64,000 nt of DNA from the NCBI GenBank assembly GCA_965227515.1, contig CBDDFZ010000001.1, positions 3,200,001-3,264,000 of the forward strand, in the 5' to 3' direction. Both the position numbers and the translations under genes were made by a program. Below the pieces are notes generated by a model. That model worked only from the letters and a program-made list of their open reading frames with translations, did not search any database and was not told the DNA's origin. The DNA comes from Alphaproteobacteria bacterium (lineage in GTDB: Bacteria; Pseudomonadota; Alphaproteobacteria; CALKHQ01). Positions 33,647 through 42,394 of this stretch are shown here, one piece after another. How positions within the stretch are numbered: the first letter of the stretch is position 1; the number at the start of each line of letters is the position of its first letter.

Positions 33647-33772
33647 CTCGGCGACTGCGTAGATGGGCTAACGGCCCTTGTTTGGTGGCGTGCATGAGTG
33701 GTCGTCCCTCAAGATGTCGGTGTCATACACGGAGTCGGGTTTGCCGCTCCAAGACATCGAGGAGAGACGACC

Positions 33773-34816
33773 ATGAACTACTATGCCGGGATTGACGTTT
33801 CTTTGGAATGGTCATCGGTGTGCGTTGTTGACGGCGCGGGCGGGATTGTCTGCGAGGCTCGTATTGCGAGCACGCCGGCGGGTTTGTTGTTGTGGTTTGG
33901 GTCTTTGGGGATTTCGGTTGAGCGGATTGGTCTTGAGGCGGGGCCGTTGTCGCAATGGCTTGTGCGGGGATGTAGCGAGGGCGGTCTTTCGGTTGAGTTG
34001 CTGGAGACGCGTCATGTTGCGCGAGCGCTTTCGACGATGCCGGTGAAGTCGGACCGCTCGGACGCACGCGGGATTGCTCAGCTGATGCGTGTGGGCTGGT
34101 TTCGGCCGGTTCACTGCAAGTCTTTGGCGGCCCAGGAGATGCGGGCCCTTTTGAAGGGTCGCGACCAGCTCCGCGCGAAGCTGCACGATCTTGAGATGCA
34201 CCTTCGTGGTCAGCTGCGGAACTTCGGGCTGAAGGTAGGGCACACCACCAGGCGCAGCTTTTCGACACGTATTTCGGAGCTTGTGGCGGGGCATCCGGTA
34301 CTGGAGGCGGTGGCGGGGGCGCTGCTGTCGGCACGCGATGGCCTGTTGCTATCGTTCACGGCGCTGGACCGGCAGGTCCGGGCGGCGGCGCAGGCCGACG
34401 ATCGCGCTCGCCTGCTGATGACGGTGCCGGGCGTGGGGAGCATTGTCGGACTGACCTACTTGTCGGGAGTGGACGACCCCGGGCGGTTTGCCTCGTCGCG
34501 CCTGGTGGGTGCGCACTTCGGCCTGACGCCGACCAAGCGCCAGTCGGGCGAGAGCGAGGTGATGGGGCGGATATCGAAGGTAGGGGACGCCGATGTGCGC
34601 TCGGCCCTCTATGAGGCGGCACACGTGGTTCTGACCCGGCCGATCGAGGGCGGCTGGCTGAAGAGCTGGGCGATGAAGCTGGCCAGGCGTGCGGGCATGA
34701 GGAAGGCGAAGGTCGCGCTGGCGCGCCGGCTCGCCGTGATCATGCACCGGATGTGGGTTGACGGCACACCGTTCAACCATGCCGGACCGGTGCGCCCGGC
34801 GATGGCGACAGCATGA
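33773..34816 (+). CDS. IS110 family transposase (bridge recombinase)
   Basis: DEDD RuvC residues: GIDVS, LEAG, KSDRSDA; C-terminal VPGVG...GLTP..RQSG with catalytic Ser; VALARRL. Confidence 0.95.
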   Translation: MNYYAGIDVSLEWSSVCVVDGAGGIVCEARIASTPAGLLLWFGSLGISVERIGLEAGPLSQWLVRGCSEGGLSVELLETRHVARALSTMPVKSDRSDARGIAQLMRVGWFRPVHCKSLAAQEMRALLKGRDQLRAKLHDLEMHLRGQLRNFGLKVGHTTRRSFSTRISELVAGHPVLEAVAGALLSARDGLLLSFTALDRQVRAAAQADDRARLLMTVPGVGSIVGLTYLSGVDDPGRFASSRLVGAHFGLTPTKRQSGESEVMGRISKVGDADVRSALYEAAHVVLTRPIEGGWLKSWAMKLARRAGMRKAKVALARRLAVIMHRMWVDGTPFNHAGPVRPAMATA

Positions 34817-34883
34817 TGGCCGCGGCATAAGGAGAACCGACACACGAGCTTCGACGGGCACCGACACCGGCCCGTCGAGCGCC

Positions 34884-35042
34884 GTCCCGCGCCGGGACGA
34901 TGGATCAGGTCAGGCCGCCATCCGGGATGTCGCCTCGCATGAGAGCACGCTTCCGTAGATTGGACCGACCGATCCTCGCATATCCATCTTGGCGGCGGCC
35001 CTGCGCCGACCCCGTACAGAAGCATGACCCAGGCGCCGGGAC
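34884..35042 (+). ncRNA. putative bridge RNA/seekRNA of the IS110 element
   Basis: Closing stem GTCCCGCGCC/GGCGCCGGGAC; two internal loops carry segments matching the target (CATCCGGG, CGTAG) and the donor junction (CCATCTT, TACAGAAG). Confidence 0.75.
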
Positions 35043-35080
35043 GACGAAAAAGGGATTGACCAACAATGGCCCGTTACAGA

Positions 35081-35135
35081 AGCCTGGGTGAAGCGCAGCG
35101 AAACCCGGGTTCCACTTCGTTCCACCCAGGCTACG
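35081..35135. repeat. GTAG-type REP, interrupted by the IS
   Basis: Removing the IS restores CGTAGCCTGGGTG...CACCCAGGCTACG, a perfect 13-bp inverted repeat. Confidence 0.8.
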
Positions 35136-35231
35136 AGCCTGAGCGAGGCCGCCACCTCCTCACAAAATTACCTTTGTAATTTCGCGAAAGAAAAAAGCTA
35201 TTGTTCCGCGCCATTTTTCGTTAGCCTTGAT

Positions 35232-35356
35232 GCATGGTCATTTCATTCGGCACCAGCCCTCTCCCCCACCCGGCCGCCCAACGACAGTATCCTGCTGGGT
35301 GGCCGGGTGGGGGAGAGGGCTGGCGCAGATTCAGCGCAAGCTGAGCTTGAGCTAGG
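35232..35356. repeat. palindromic intergenic repeat family A, copy 2
   Basis: GCATGGTCATTT..CGGCACCAGCCCTCTCCCCCACCCGGCCG...GGCCGGGTGGGGGAGAGGGCTGGCGCAGA..GCGCAAGCTGA. Confidence 0.8.
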
Positions 35357-35431
35357 CACCAATCGTGCCGATGAGGCCGCCGCGACGGGTGCATCCGCCT
35401 GGCGCCGGTGCCGTGAAACGAGGAGATTGTC

Positions 35432-36616
35432 GTGCGTAAGGGATTCCGGGTCATCGACGTAGACAGCCACGTGACGCCGTCGCTTGAGGTGCTGCACAAA
35501 TACGCCAGCCAGGCACTCAAGGACCGCTGGGACGAGTTCAATCCCTATCTGCGCGAGATGAACTCACCCCCGGGCCGCGGCCACCCGACCGGACCCTGGC
35601 ACACCATCAAGGTCAACCCGATCCCCTACAACCGCATTGCCGGCGAGAAGCCCGGCGTGGAGTTCGCCGAAAAGGGCGGCAAGGGCGCCTTGGAATCGCG
35701 GGTCAAGAATATCTCGAAGTACGAGTGTGCCGAGCGCATCCAGCACGACAATCCCGATGGCCGTGTCGCCGACATGGACACCGAGGGCGTGGACGTGAAC
35801 GTGCTGATCCCGGGCACCTGGGCCTCGGCCTCCACCGCACTCGATCCTGGCCTGTCGTCGCTGCTCTACGGCGCCTATCACGACTACATGGCGGATTTCT
35901 GCAGCGGTCACCCCAACCGTCTGCTGGGCCTGTTCCTGGCGCCCGGCAACAACATCGAATGGGCGGTGGAGAACCTAAAGAAGCGCGGCGAGGAAGGCTG
36001 GGTCTCGTGCGTCTGGCCGTGCCTGCCCGAGGGCATGCCGATCGACGACCCGGACCTGGAGCCGTTGTGGGAGGTGATGAACGACCTGCACCTGCCGATC
36101 ATCCACCACTCGTTCTTCTATGAGCCGCCGTACTTCCCGGGGTATCGCGACATCTGGGGCAACGCCGCCATCGCGCGCACCGCCGCCCACCCCTGGGGCG
36201 CGCAGCGCCTGCTCGCCTACGTGATTGCCGGCGGCATCCTGGACCGGCACCCCAACATCAAGGTGGGCTTCGCGGAAACCGGACACGGCTGGCTGCCCTA
36301 CTGGGTGAAGCGTCTCGACAGCCAGGTGACCTATGTCGCCGGCACCGTGCGCCCGCTGAAGTACCTGCCCAGCGAATACGTCAAGATGGGCCGGGTGTTC
36401 TGCTGCATCGAAAGCCACGAGGGCCCGGAGATGACCAAGGCGGTGATCGACGTGCTGGGCGACGGCTGCCTGATGTATGCCTCCGACTTCCCACACCCGG
36501 AGTGCGACTGGCCGCATTCGGTCGACAACGTGATCGCGTGGGAGAACCACCTGGGCAACGAGCCGCTGCGCAAGCTGTTGGGCGCCAACGCCGACAATTA
36601 TCTGCGCGTCGCCTGA
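35432..36616 (+). CDS. amidohydrolase_2 family metal-dependent hydrolase/decarboxylase
   Basis: IDVDSH, IIHH, AETGHGW, YASDFPH. Confidence 0.88.
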   Translation: MRKGFRVIDVDSHVTPSLEVLHKYASQALKDRWDEFNPYLREMNSPPGRGHPTGPWHTIKVNPIPYNRIAGEKPGVEFAEKGGKGALESRVKNISKYECAERIQHDNPDGRVADMDTEGVDVNVLIPGTWASASTALDPGLSSLLYGAYHDYMADFCSGHPNRLLGLFLAPGNNIEWAVENLKKRGEEGWVSCVWPCLPEGMPIDDPDLEPLWEVMNDLHLPIIHHSFFYEPPYFPGYRDIWGNAAIARTAAHPWGAQRLLAYVIAGGILDRHPNIKVGFAETGHGWLPYWVKRLDSQVTYVAGTVRPLKYLPSEYVKMGRVFCCIESHEGPEMTKAVIDVLGDGCLMYASDFPHPECDWPHSVDNVIAWENHLGNEPLRKLLGANADNYLRVA

Positions 36617-36668
36617 TCGGCAGGCGTGGCGTAGACTGCGGGCTTCGGCGAACAGCGGGACACCGGTC

Positions 36669-37496
36669 TTGGATTACGAGGACGCGCACCGCTACGTCGC
36701 CCGCGCTCGGGCGGAAGGGGCAGCCCGAGACACCAAGGTGACGGTGGCGATCCTGGATGCGGCGGGCCACCCGGTGCTGGTGGCGCGCGGCAAGCCGGAT
36801 ACGTGGCACGGGCCGTACATGGCCATGGGCAAGGCGCGGCTGGCGGCGGCGTTTCGCAAGCCGACCGCCGACCTGCTGGAGCGCTGGGAGGACCGGCCGC
36901 TGTTCGCCCAGAGCCTGACCGAGGTCATCCCCGGCGGCGTGACCCTGAACAAGGGTGGCTACCCGATCTTCCGCGACGGCAAATGCGTCGGTGCGATCGG
37001 GGTTGGCGGCGGGTCGCCAGATATCGATGATGCGGTGGCCAGGGCGACGGTGGAGGCGCTGGCGGATGATGCGCCCGATGATGCGAGCAATGAGGCGGAA
37101 GTGACTGATAATTTGGAAAAGACGCCGATCCACACCGATGGCGCGCCGACGCCGACCGGGCCGTTCAACCAGGCCATGGTCTGGAACAATCTGGTGTTCA
37201 CCTCGGGCCAGGCCGGGCGCAACCGGGAGACCGGCCAGATGGGCGACATCTCCGATCAGGCGCGGCGCTGCATCACCAACATCGGCAATGTGCTGGAGGC
37301 GTCGGGCAGCTCGCTCGCCCACCTGCTGAAGGTGACCGTGTTCCTGAAGGACGCCGCCGACTGGAAGGCCTTCAACGAGGTCTACGTCGAGTTGGTGCCG
37401 GAGCCGCGCCCTGCCCGCTCCTCCGCGGTCGTGCAGCTCAAGAACCCGGACATGCTGGTGGAGATGGAGGCCGTGGCCTACGTGCCCCAGAAATGA
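36669..37496 (+). CDS. GlcG/HbpS heme-binding domain fused to a RidA (YjgF) domain
   Basis: N-half: VAILDAAGH..KARLA..GG.PI..GAIGVGGG; C-half: GPFNQA..TSGQ..KVTVFL..RPARS..VEMEA. Confidence 0.85.
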   Translation: MDYEDAHRYVARARAEGAARDTKVTVAILDAAGHPVLVARGKPDTWHGPYMAMGKARLAAAFRKPTADLLERWEDRPLFAQSLTEVIPGGVTLNKGGYPIFRDGKCVGAIGVGGGSPDIDDAVARATVEALADDAPDDASNEAEVTDNLEKTPIHTDGAPTPTGPFNQAMVWNNLVFTSGQAGRNRETGQMGDISDQARRCITNIGNVLEASGSSLAHLLKVTVFLKDAADWKAFNEVYVELVPEPRPARSSAVVQLKNPDMLVEMEAVAYVPQK

Positions 37497-37523
37497 TGAC
37501 AGCACGGCACCACCACACCCACC

Positions 37524-37701
37524 CGTCATCCTCGCCCTTGTGGCGAGGATCCATTCATGGCCAGCGCGCGAGCCGCGGGCTCGGCTTGCGGCGCACCGTG
37601 GTGGAGCGCATAGATGTCCTTGCAGGACCGGCAATCACGAACAAGGCCCGCAATCGCGCCCTGCACAGCGATGGGTCCTCGGCACAAGGCCGAGGACGAC
37701 G
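37524..37701. repeat. palindromic intergenic repeat family B, copy 3
   Basis: CGTCATCCTCGCCCTTGTGGCGAGGATCCAT ... ATGGGTCCTCGGCACAAGGCCGAGGACGACG. Confidence 0.8.
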
Positions 37702-37719
37702 ATATTTTGTTGGAAAAGC

Positions 37720-38841
37720 ATGCTCCGCATCGTCGACCTGAAGAAGAGCTACATCGCCGACGACGAGCGGGTCGACGCCCTGCGCGGCATCTCGTTCGAG
37801 GTCGACGAGGGCGACTTCTTCACCCTGCTCGGCCCCAGCGGCTCGGGCAAGAGTACGGCGCTGCGCTGCGTCGCCGGCCTGGAGCACGCCCAGGGTGGCG
37901 AGATCTGGATCGGCGACCAGTGTGTGTTCTCGGCCGAAAAGCGGATCATGGTGCCGCCGGATGCGCGGCCCATCGGCATGGTGTTCCAGTCCTACGCCAT
38001 CTGGCCGCACATGTCAGTGTTCGAGAACGTGGCCTTCCCGCTGCGCCACGGCTCCACCGAGGGTCGCCTCGGCCGCGAGCAGATCCAGGAACGGGTCGAC
38101 GAGGCGCTGGGCAAGGTGCACTTGCAGGGCTATGGCGCGCGGCCCGCGCCGCAGCTTTCCGGCGGTCAGCAGCAGCGTGTCGCGCTGGCCCGCGCCCTGG
38201 TGCGGCGGCCGAAGCTGCTGCTGCTCGACGAACCGTTGTCGAACCTGGACGCCAAGCTGCGCGAGGAAATGCGGATCGAGTTGAAGGAAATCACTGAAGC
38301 GCTTGGCATCACGGCATTTTTCGTCACCCATGACCAGATCGAAGCGCTGGCGATGTCCGACAGGATCGGCGTCATCATGGAAGGCAATTTGATCGAAATA
38401 GGCACCCCGCACGAGGTCTACACCAACTCGCCGAGCCGGGTGGTTGCGGGCTTCCTGGGCGTGGTCAACGTGATCGAGGGTCGGGTGACCGCGTGCGACG
38501 CCGATGGCTGCGTGACGGTGGAGACCGACTGCGGCCGGGTGCGCTCGACACGGGCCGGCGGTGTGGCGACGGACACCCAGGCCGCCGTGGTCATCCGCCC
38601 GGAGGCGCCGATTTGCAGCCGCATCGCCCCCGCTGACGACCCGACGGCCAGCAATGTGTTCGAGGGCACGGTGACCAGCGTGTCGTTCCTGGGCGGCTAC
38701 ATCGATGCCGAGGTCGAGATTGCCTCCAATGGCGCCGGCCCGCGGCAGCTCAAGGTCAGCCTCAACCCCTACGACCACTTCACGCCGGGCGAGCGCATCT
38801 ACGTCCAGGTGCCGCAGGACCGCTGCCAGGTACTGCCTTAG
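37720..38841 (+). CDS. ABC transporter ATP-binding protein (PotA/FbpC-like, TOBE)
   Basis: GPSGSGKST, LSGGQQQR, LLLDEP. Confidence 0.93.
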   Translation: MLRIVDLKKSYIADDERVDALRGISFEVDEGDFFTLLGPSGSGKSTALRCVAGLEHAQGGEIWIGDQCVFSAEKRIMVPPDARPIGMVFQSYAIWPHMSVFENVAFPLRHGSTEGRLGREQIQERVDEALGKVHLQGYGARPAPQLSGGQQQRVALARALVRRPKLLLLDEPLSNLDAKLREEMRIELKEITEALGITAFFVTHDQIEALAMSDRIGVIMEGNLIEIGTPHEVYTNSPSRVVAGFLGVVNVIEGRVTACDADGCVTVETDCGRVRSTRAGGVATDTQAAVVIRPEAPICSRIAPADDPTASNVFEGTVTSVSFLGGYIDAEVEIASNGAGPRQLKVSLNPYDHFTPGERIYVQVPQDRCQVLP

Positions 38842-38867
38842 CGACAACGACCGGTGTGGCCTTACGT

Positions 38868-38903
38868 AAGAAAGGGCAGCGCCCGTCGGCACTGCCCTTT
38901 CTT
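38868..38903. terminator. bidirectional terminator
   Basis: AAGAAAGGGCAG...CTGCCCTTTCTT hairpin between convergent genes. Confidence 0.7.
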
Positions 38904-39038
38904 GTGGCGCCTTTGCTCGCCCATCGGCGGCGTTTGCTTGCCTGTTCGCCTGCGATGCGTGGCCTGCATGTGTCGCGGCCGATGCTCACACGGCGGTCAT
39001 AGGCGCCAAGAATGGTTTAGGTGGTGTGCGGTTCCCGA

Positions 39039-39800
39039 TCAGGAGCTGGTTGCGACGGCGGTGCTGCCGGCGTGGCGCCACCACATGGTCTGGTTGAGGC
39101 TGAAGTAGGGCCGGTAGTGGCTGATGGAGGACGCGCGCACCACCTGGTCGATCTGGTTGTCGAGCACGTAGGCCTCGTCGTTGTGATAGACGATGAGGAT
39201 GGCGTGCACGAGGTTGAGCTGGGTGTCGTGGACCACGGCGATGCGCATGTCGCGGTCTGAGAAGCCGAGCTCGCGCAGCGTCATGTACTTGGCGATGGCG
39301 TAGTCCTCGCAGTCGCCGGAGCGGGTGAAGAACTGGCCCGGGGTCGCCCAGTAGTCGCTGGCGCCGTAGTTGCGCGCATCCTCGATATAGGCGGCCGAGT
39401 TCATCCGGGTGTTGACCTGGACGATCTGGCTGAACCGGTCCAAGCCGCGCAGGCTTTCCACATAGACCAGCCACTGCTGCAGCTTGCAGTCGCCGCCGGC
39501 GCAGGGCTGCTCGGCCTGGGCGCGTTCGGTCTGGAAGGCGGCCAGCATCCGGGTCCACTTGGTGAACTGGGAGACGTCGGGGGACGGCGTGCCTTGCGAC
39601 CCGAACAGCGGCGGCGCGGAGGCCATGAGATCGACGGCCTGTGCGGTGCCGGCAAGCCCGGTGAGGGTAGCTGTGGCAACCGCGACGGCGGCAACGAACC
39701 GGCGCACGGTGTTGGCGGGGCGGGCCGTGGCGGCCCGGCGGAGAACGCGATCGAGCCGTGAGTACCGGATCGTGTTCGGTGTGTTTTTCATCGCAGACAT
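39039..39800 (-). CDS. transglutaminase-like cysteine peptidase (BTLCP/LapG-like)
   Basis: DYWATP..GDCEDYAIAKY..HAIL..VLDN (C-H-D triad); signal peptide. Confidence 0.9.
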   Translation of the reverse strand: MSAMKNTPNTIRYSRLDRVLRRAATARPANTVRRFVAAVAVATATLTGLAGTAQAVDLMASAPPLFGSQGTPSPDVSQFTKWTRMLAAFQTERAQAEQPCAGGDCKLQQWLVYVESLRGLDRFSQIVQVNTRMNSAAYIEDARNYGASDYWATPGQFFTRSGDCEDYAIAKYMTLRELGFSDRDMRIAVVHDTQLNLVHAILIVYHNDEAYVLDNQIDQVVRASSISHYRPYFSLNQTMWWRHAGSTAVATSS

Positions 39801-39823
39801 GAGTTTGTTTTACCTGCGACCTT

Positions 39824-39838
39824 TTAAATAGCGCTTAA
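39824..39838. promoter_or_regulatory. putative CtrA box
   Basis: TTAA-ATAGCGC-TTAA in the AT-rich region upstream of the peptidase. Confidence 0.45.
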
Positions 39839-40045
39839 TAATTACACGACTGTTCTTCCATTATTATCTACATACTTGACAAACATTCCACATTCACTTG
39901 ATTATTATTTTCGACAAACACAGATAAAATTTGAGCGGCATTGCCGGCGGTGGCACCGGAAAGCGCTTGAATTCGGGCACAAGAGTAAGTAGTTGCTTAC
40001 GCTATCGGTGGTGAGACCGCCGCGATCACGAGGGCGAGTGCGACC

Positions 40046-40384
40046 ATGGCCTATGACGAAGACCTGGCTGACCGGTTCCGGCGGGCGATCGAAGGCGTTC
40101 AGGGAACGTCGGAGAAAAAGATGATGGGCGGCATCTGCTTCTTCGTGAACGGGAACATGCTGGGCGGCGTCAGCACGGCCAAGAACGGCCGCCGGTTCAT
40201 GTTCCGGGTCGGCAAGGAGAACATCGCCGAAGCCGAGGCGATGAGCGCGGGCGAGGAAGTCGTGATGGGCGCGCGCCGGATGCCCGGGTTCTTCCATGTC
40301 GAGGCCGATGCCTGCGACGACGACCTGTTCCGGCAATGGACCTCGCTGGCGCTCAGCCACGCCACCGCCCTGCCCCCGAAGTGA
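40046..40384 (+). CDS. TfoX N-terminal domain protein
   Basis: MAYDEDLA...EKKMMGG.CF.VNGNM...LPPK. Confidence 0.85.
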   Translation: MAYDEDLADRFRRAIEGVQGTSEKKMMGGICFFVNGNMLGGVSTAKNGRRFMFRVGKENIAEAEAMSAGEEVVMGARRMPGFFHVEADACDDDLFRQWTSLALSHATALPPK

Positions 40385-40391
40385 GCGTGCC

Positions 40392-41027
40392 ATGACCATG
40401 TTGAGCGCCGAGACCTGTACCTTCCTGCGCGACCTGAAGGCGAACAACACCCGCGAATGGTTCCAGGCCAACAAGCCCGCCTACGAGGCCGCGCTGAAGG
40501 CGCCTTCGGCGGCGTTCGCCGATGCCATGGCGGCGGCGCTGGAAGCGGCCTGCGGCGAGCCTTGCACGCCCAAGGTGTTCCGCATCCACCGTGACGTGCG
40601 CTTTTCCAAGGACAAGACGCCCTACAACGCCCACCTGCACATCTCGTTCGCGCCAGAGGGCAAGCCGCCGGCCTGGATGTTCGGGCTGGAACCGGACCGG
40701 CTGGTTCTTGGCGTCGGCACGTTCCAGTTCGACAAGGCGGAACTGGATGCGTACCGGGCGCGCATCGACGGACCGGATGGCGCGGCACTGGCCGAGACCC
40801 TGGCCAAGTTGCAGGCAGATGGCGTGCGGCTGAGTGATCCCGACCTGAAACGGGTACCGGCCCCCTACCCCGCCGACCATCCGCGCGGCGACCTGCTGCG
40901 GCACAAGGGTCTCGCCGCCTGGATCGACGATCTCGATCAATCGCAAGCGTTCGCAGACCAGGGCCCGGCCCGCTGCACTGCGGCGCTGGTGCGCCTGAAA
41001 CCGGTGTTCGATTGGTTGAGGGGGTAG
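40392..41027 (+). CDS. DUF2461 (TIGR02453) protein
   Basis: NNTREWF, FRIHRDVRFSKDKTPY, LKRVP..HP..LL. Confidence 0.88.
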   Translation: MTMLSAETCTFLRDLKANNTREWFQANKPAYEAALKAPSAAFADAMAAALEAACGEPCTPKVFRIHRDVRFSKDKTPYNAHLHISFAPEGKPPAWMFGLEPDRLVLGVGTFQFDKAELDAYRARIDGPDGAALAETLAKLQADGVRLSDPDLKRVPAPYPADHPRGDLLRHKGLAAWIDDLDQSQAFADQGPARCTAALVRLKPVFDWLRG

Positions 41028-41033
41028 ACTGCT

Positions 41034-41645
41034 CTAGCGGTCGGAGAATGCCAAGCGTGCGCTCAGTGCGGCAAAGGCGCCGGCGAAGCCGCAGCGTAGC
41101 CACAGCATCACCCGCGGGCGGGAAATGACGTAGCGCCGCGTGGCAGCGGCAAACGCACCGTAGCCCGCGAACACCACGAACGTCATTGCCATGAAGACGC
41201 CGCCCAGCAACAGCGCCTGCCACGTGCCGTTCGTCGCGTCCGCCGGCACGAACTGCGGCAGGAAGGCAAGGAAGAACAGCGACAGCTTCGGATTCAGGAT
41301 GTTGATCAGGAAGCCGTTGACGACGATGCGCAGGCCCGCATGCGGTGCCGCATTGCCGCTCACCTCCAGAGCGCCGCCGCTACGCAGCACGCCCCAGGCC
41401 ATATAGAGCAGGTAGGCGACGCCCAAATAGCGCACCACCTCGAACGCCACGGCGCTGGTGTGCAGCAGGGCTGCCAGCCCGGCCACCGACGCCGCGATAT
41501 GGGGCAGGATGCCGAGCGTGCAGCCGAGGGCCGCCACCACGCTGGCCCGCCAGCCACGGCCAAGCCCGTAGGCGAGCGTGTAGAGCACGCCGGTGCCCGG
41601 CAGCAGGATGACCACCAGAGATGTCAGCAGGAATTCAGGTGTCAT
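41034..41645 (-). CDS. LysE/RhtB family exporter
   Basis: PGTG, YLLYMAW, NILNPK..FFLAFLPQF. Confidence 0.9.
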   Translation of the reverse strand: MTPEFLLTSLVVILLPGTGVLYTLAYGLGRGWRASVVAALGCTLGILPHIAASVAGLAALLHTSAVAFEVVRYLGVAYLLYMAWGVLRSGGALEVSGNAAPHAGLRIVVNGFLINILNPKLSLFFLAFLPQFVPADATNGTWQALLLGGVFMAMTFVVFAGYGAFAAATRRYVISRPRVMLWLRCGFAGAFAALSARLAFSDR

Positions 41646-41773
41646 GGCGATCTGCCTTTCCGTCCTATCTCGCGCCCGATACTGGCCGCAGACCGGTGTT
41701 GGCGGCAACATCGCCATGCGCGGCAATTGAACCCGCCTGCCCGTCCCGGTGACAGACGTGCATGTCCCATCCC

Positions 41774-41820
41774 TTGACATCGCGTCCTTGCATTCCGATA
41801 TTTCTGTCATGACAGAAATA
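41774..41820 (+). promoter_or_regulatory. sigma70 promoter and 22-bp palindromic operator over the start codon
   Basis: TTGACA (41774), 17-bp spacer, GATATT; perfect palindrome TATTTCTGTCATGACAGAAATA at 41799-41820. Confidence 0.7.
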
Positions 41821-42390
41821 ACAGACAAATCCGACCTGCCCGCGCCGGTGGAACGCTTCATCCTGCAATGGGGCGACATGGGCACCGCCTGGGGGGTCAA
41901 CCGCTCGGTCAGCCAGATCCATGCGCTGCTCTACCTCTCCGAACGCCCGCTGACGGCGGAGGAGATATCGCAGACCCTGGAGATGGCGCGGTCCAACGTC
42001 TCCAACTCGCTGAAGGAGCTGATGGGCTGGGACCTGATCCGGCGGGTGCCGATCAGGGGCGACCGGCGCGATCATTTCGAGGCCGAGACCGATATCTGGG
42101 AGATCGTCAGCCGCATCGCCGCCGGCCGCAAGGAGCGCGAGCTGGACCCCGCGTTCGAGGTGCTGGCGCGCTGCGTCGACGAGGCCAAGGCGGACCGATT
42201 TGTGCATCCGGTGGCGCTGCAACGCCTGCGCGAGATGCAGGAATTCACAGCACTTGTCGACCGCTGGTACAGCCAGATGTTGCGGGTGCCGAAGACCAAG
42301 CTCGCCATCGCGCTGAAACTGGGCGCGCGGATCATCGATTTCCTGCCGAAGGGCCGGGGCCGAAAACAAGAAAACCAAGACAAGGACTGA
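41809..42390 (+). CDS. GbsR/MarR family transcriptional regulator
   Basis: FILQWGDMG..WGVNRSVSQIHALLY...RSNVSNSLKEL...GDRRDHF. Confidence 0.9.
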   Translation: MTEITDKSDLPAPVERFILQWGDMGTAWGVNRSVSQIHALLYLSERPLTAEEISQTLEMARSNVSNSLKELMGWDLIRRVPIRGDRRDHFEAETDIWEIVSRIAAGRKERELDPAFEVLARCVDEAKADRFVHPVALQRLREMQEFTALVDRWYSQMLRVPKTKLAIALKLGARIIDFLPKGRGRKQENQDKD

Positions 42391-42394
42391 GGCC

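Larger units (their letters stand above)
33663..35082 (+). mobile_element. IS110-family (IS1111-type) insertion sequence
   Basis: Transposase with a long 3' non-coding end; imperfect sub-terminal IRs TAACGGCCCTTGTTTGG and CCAACAATGGCCCGTTA; AG core at 33661-62 and 35081-82; T/G-rich codon usage unlike the host. Confidence 0.88.

Noticed and set aside
35027-35034. ACCCAGGC as the right-target guide (8-nt complement of GCCTGGGT)
   Set aside because: It overlaps the predicted closing stem rather than a guide loop, so it is probably coincidental, though not excluded
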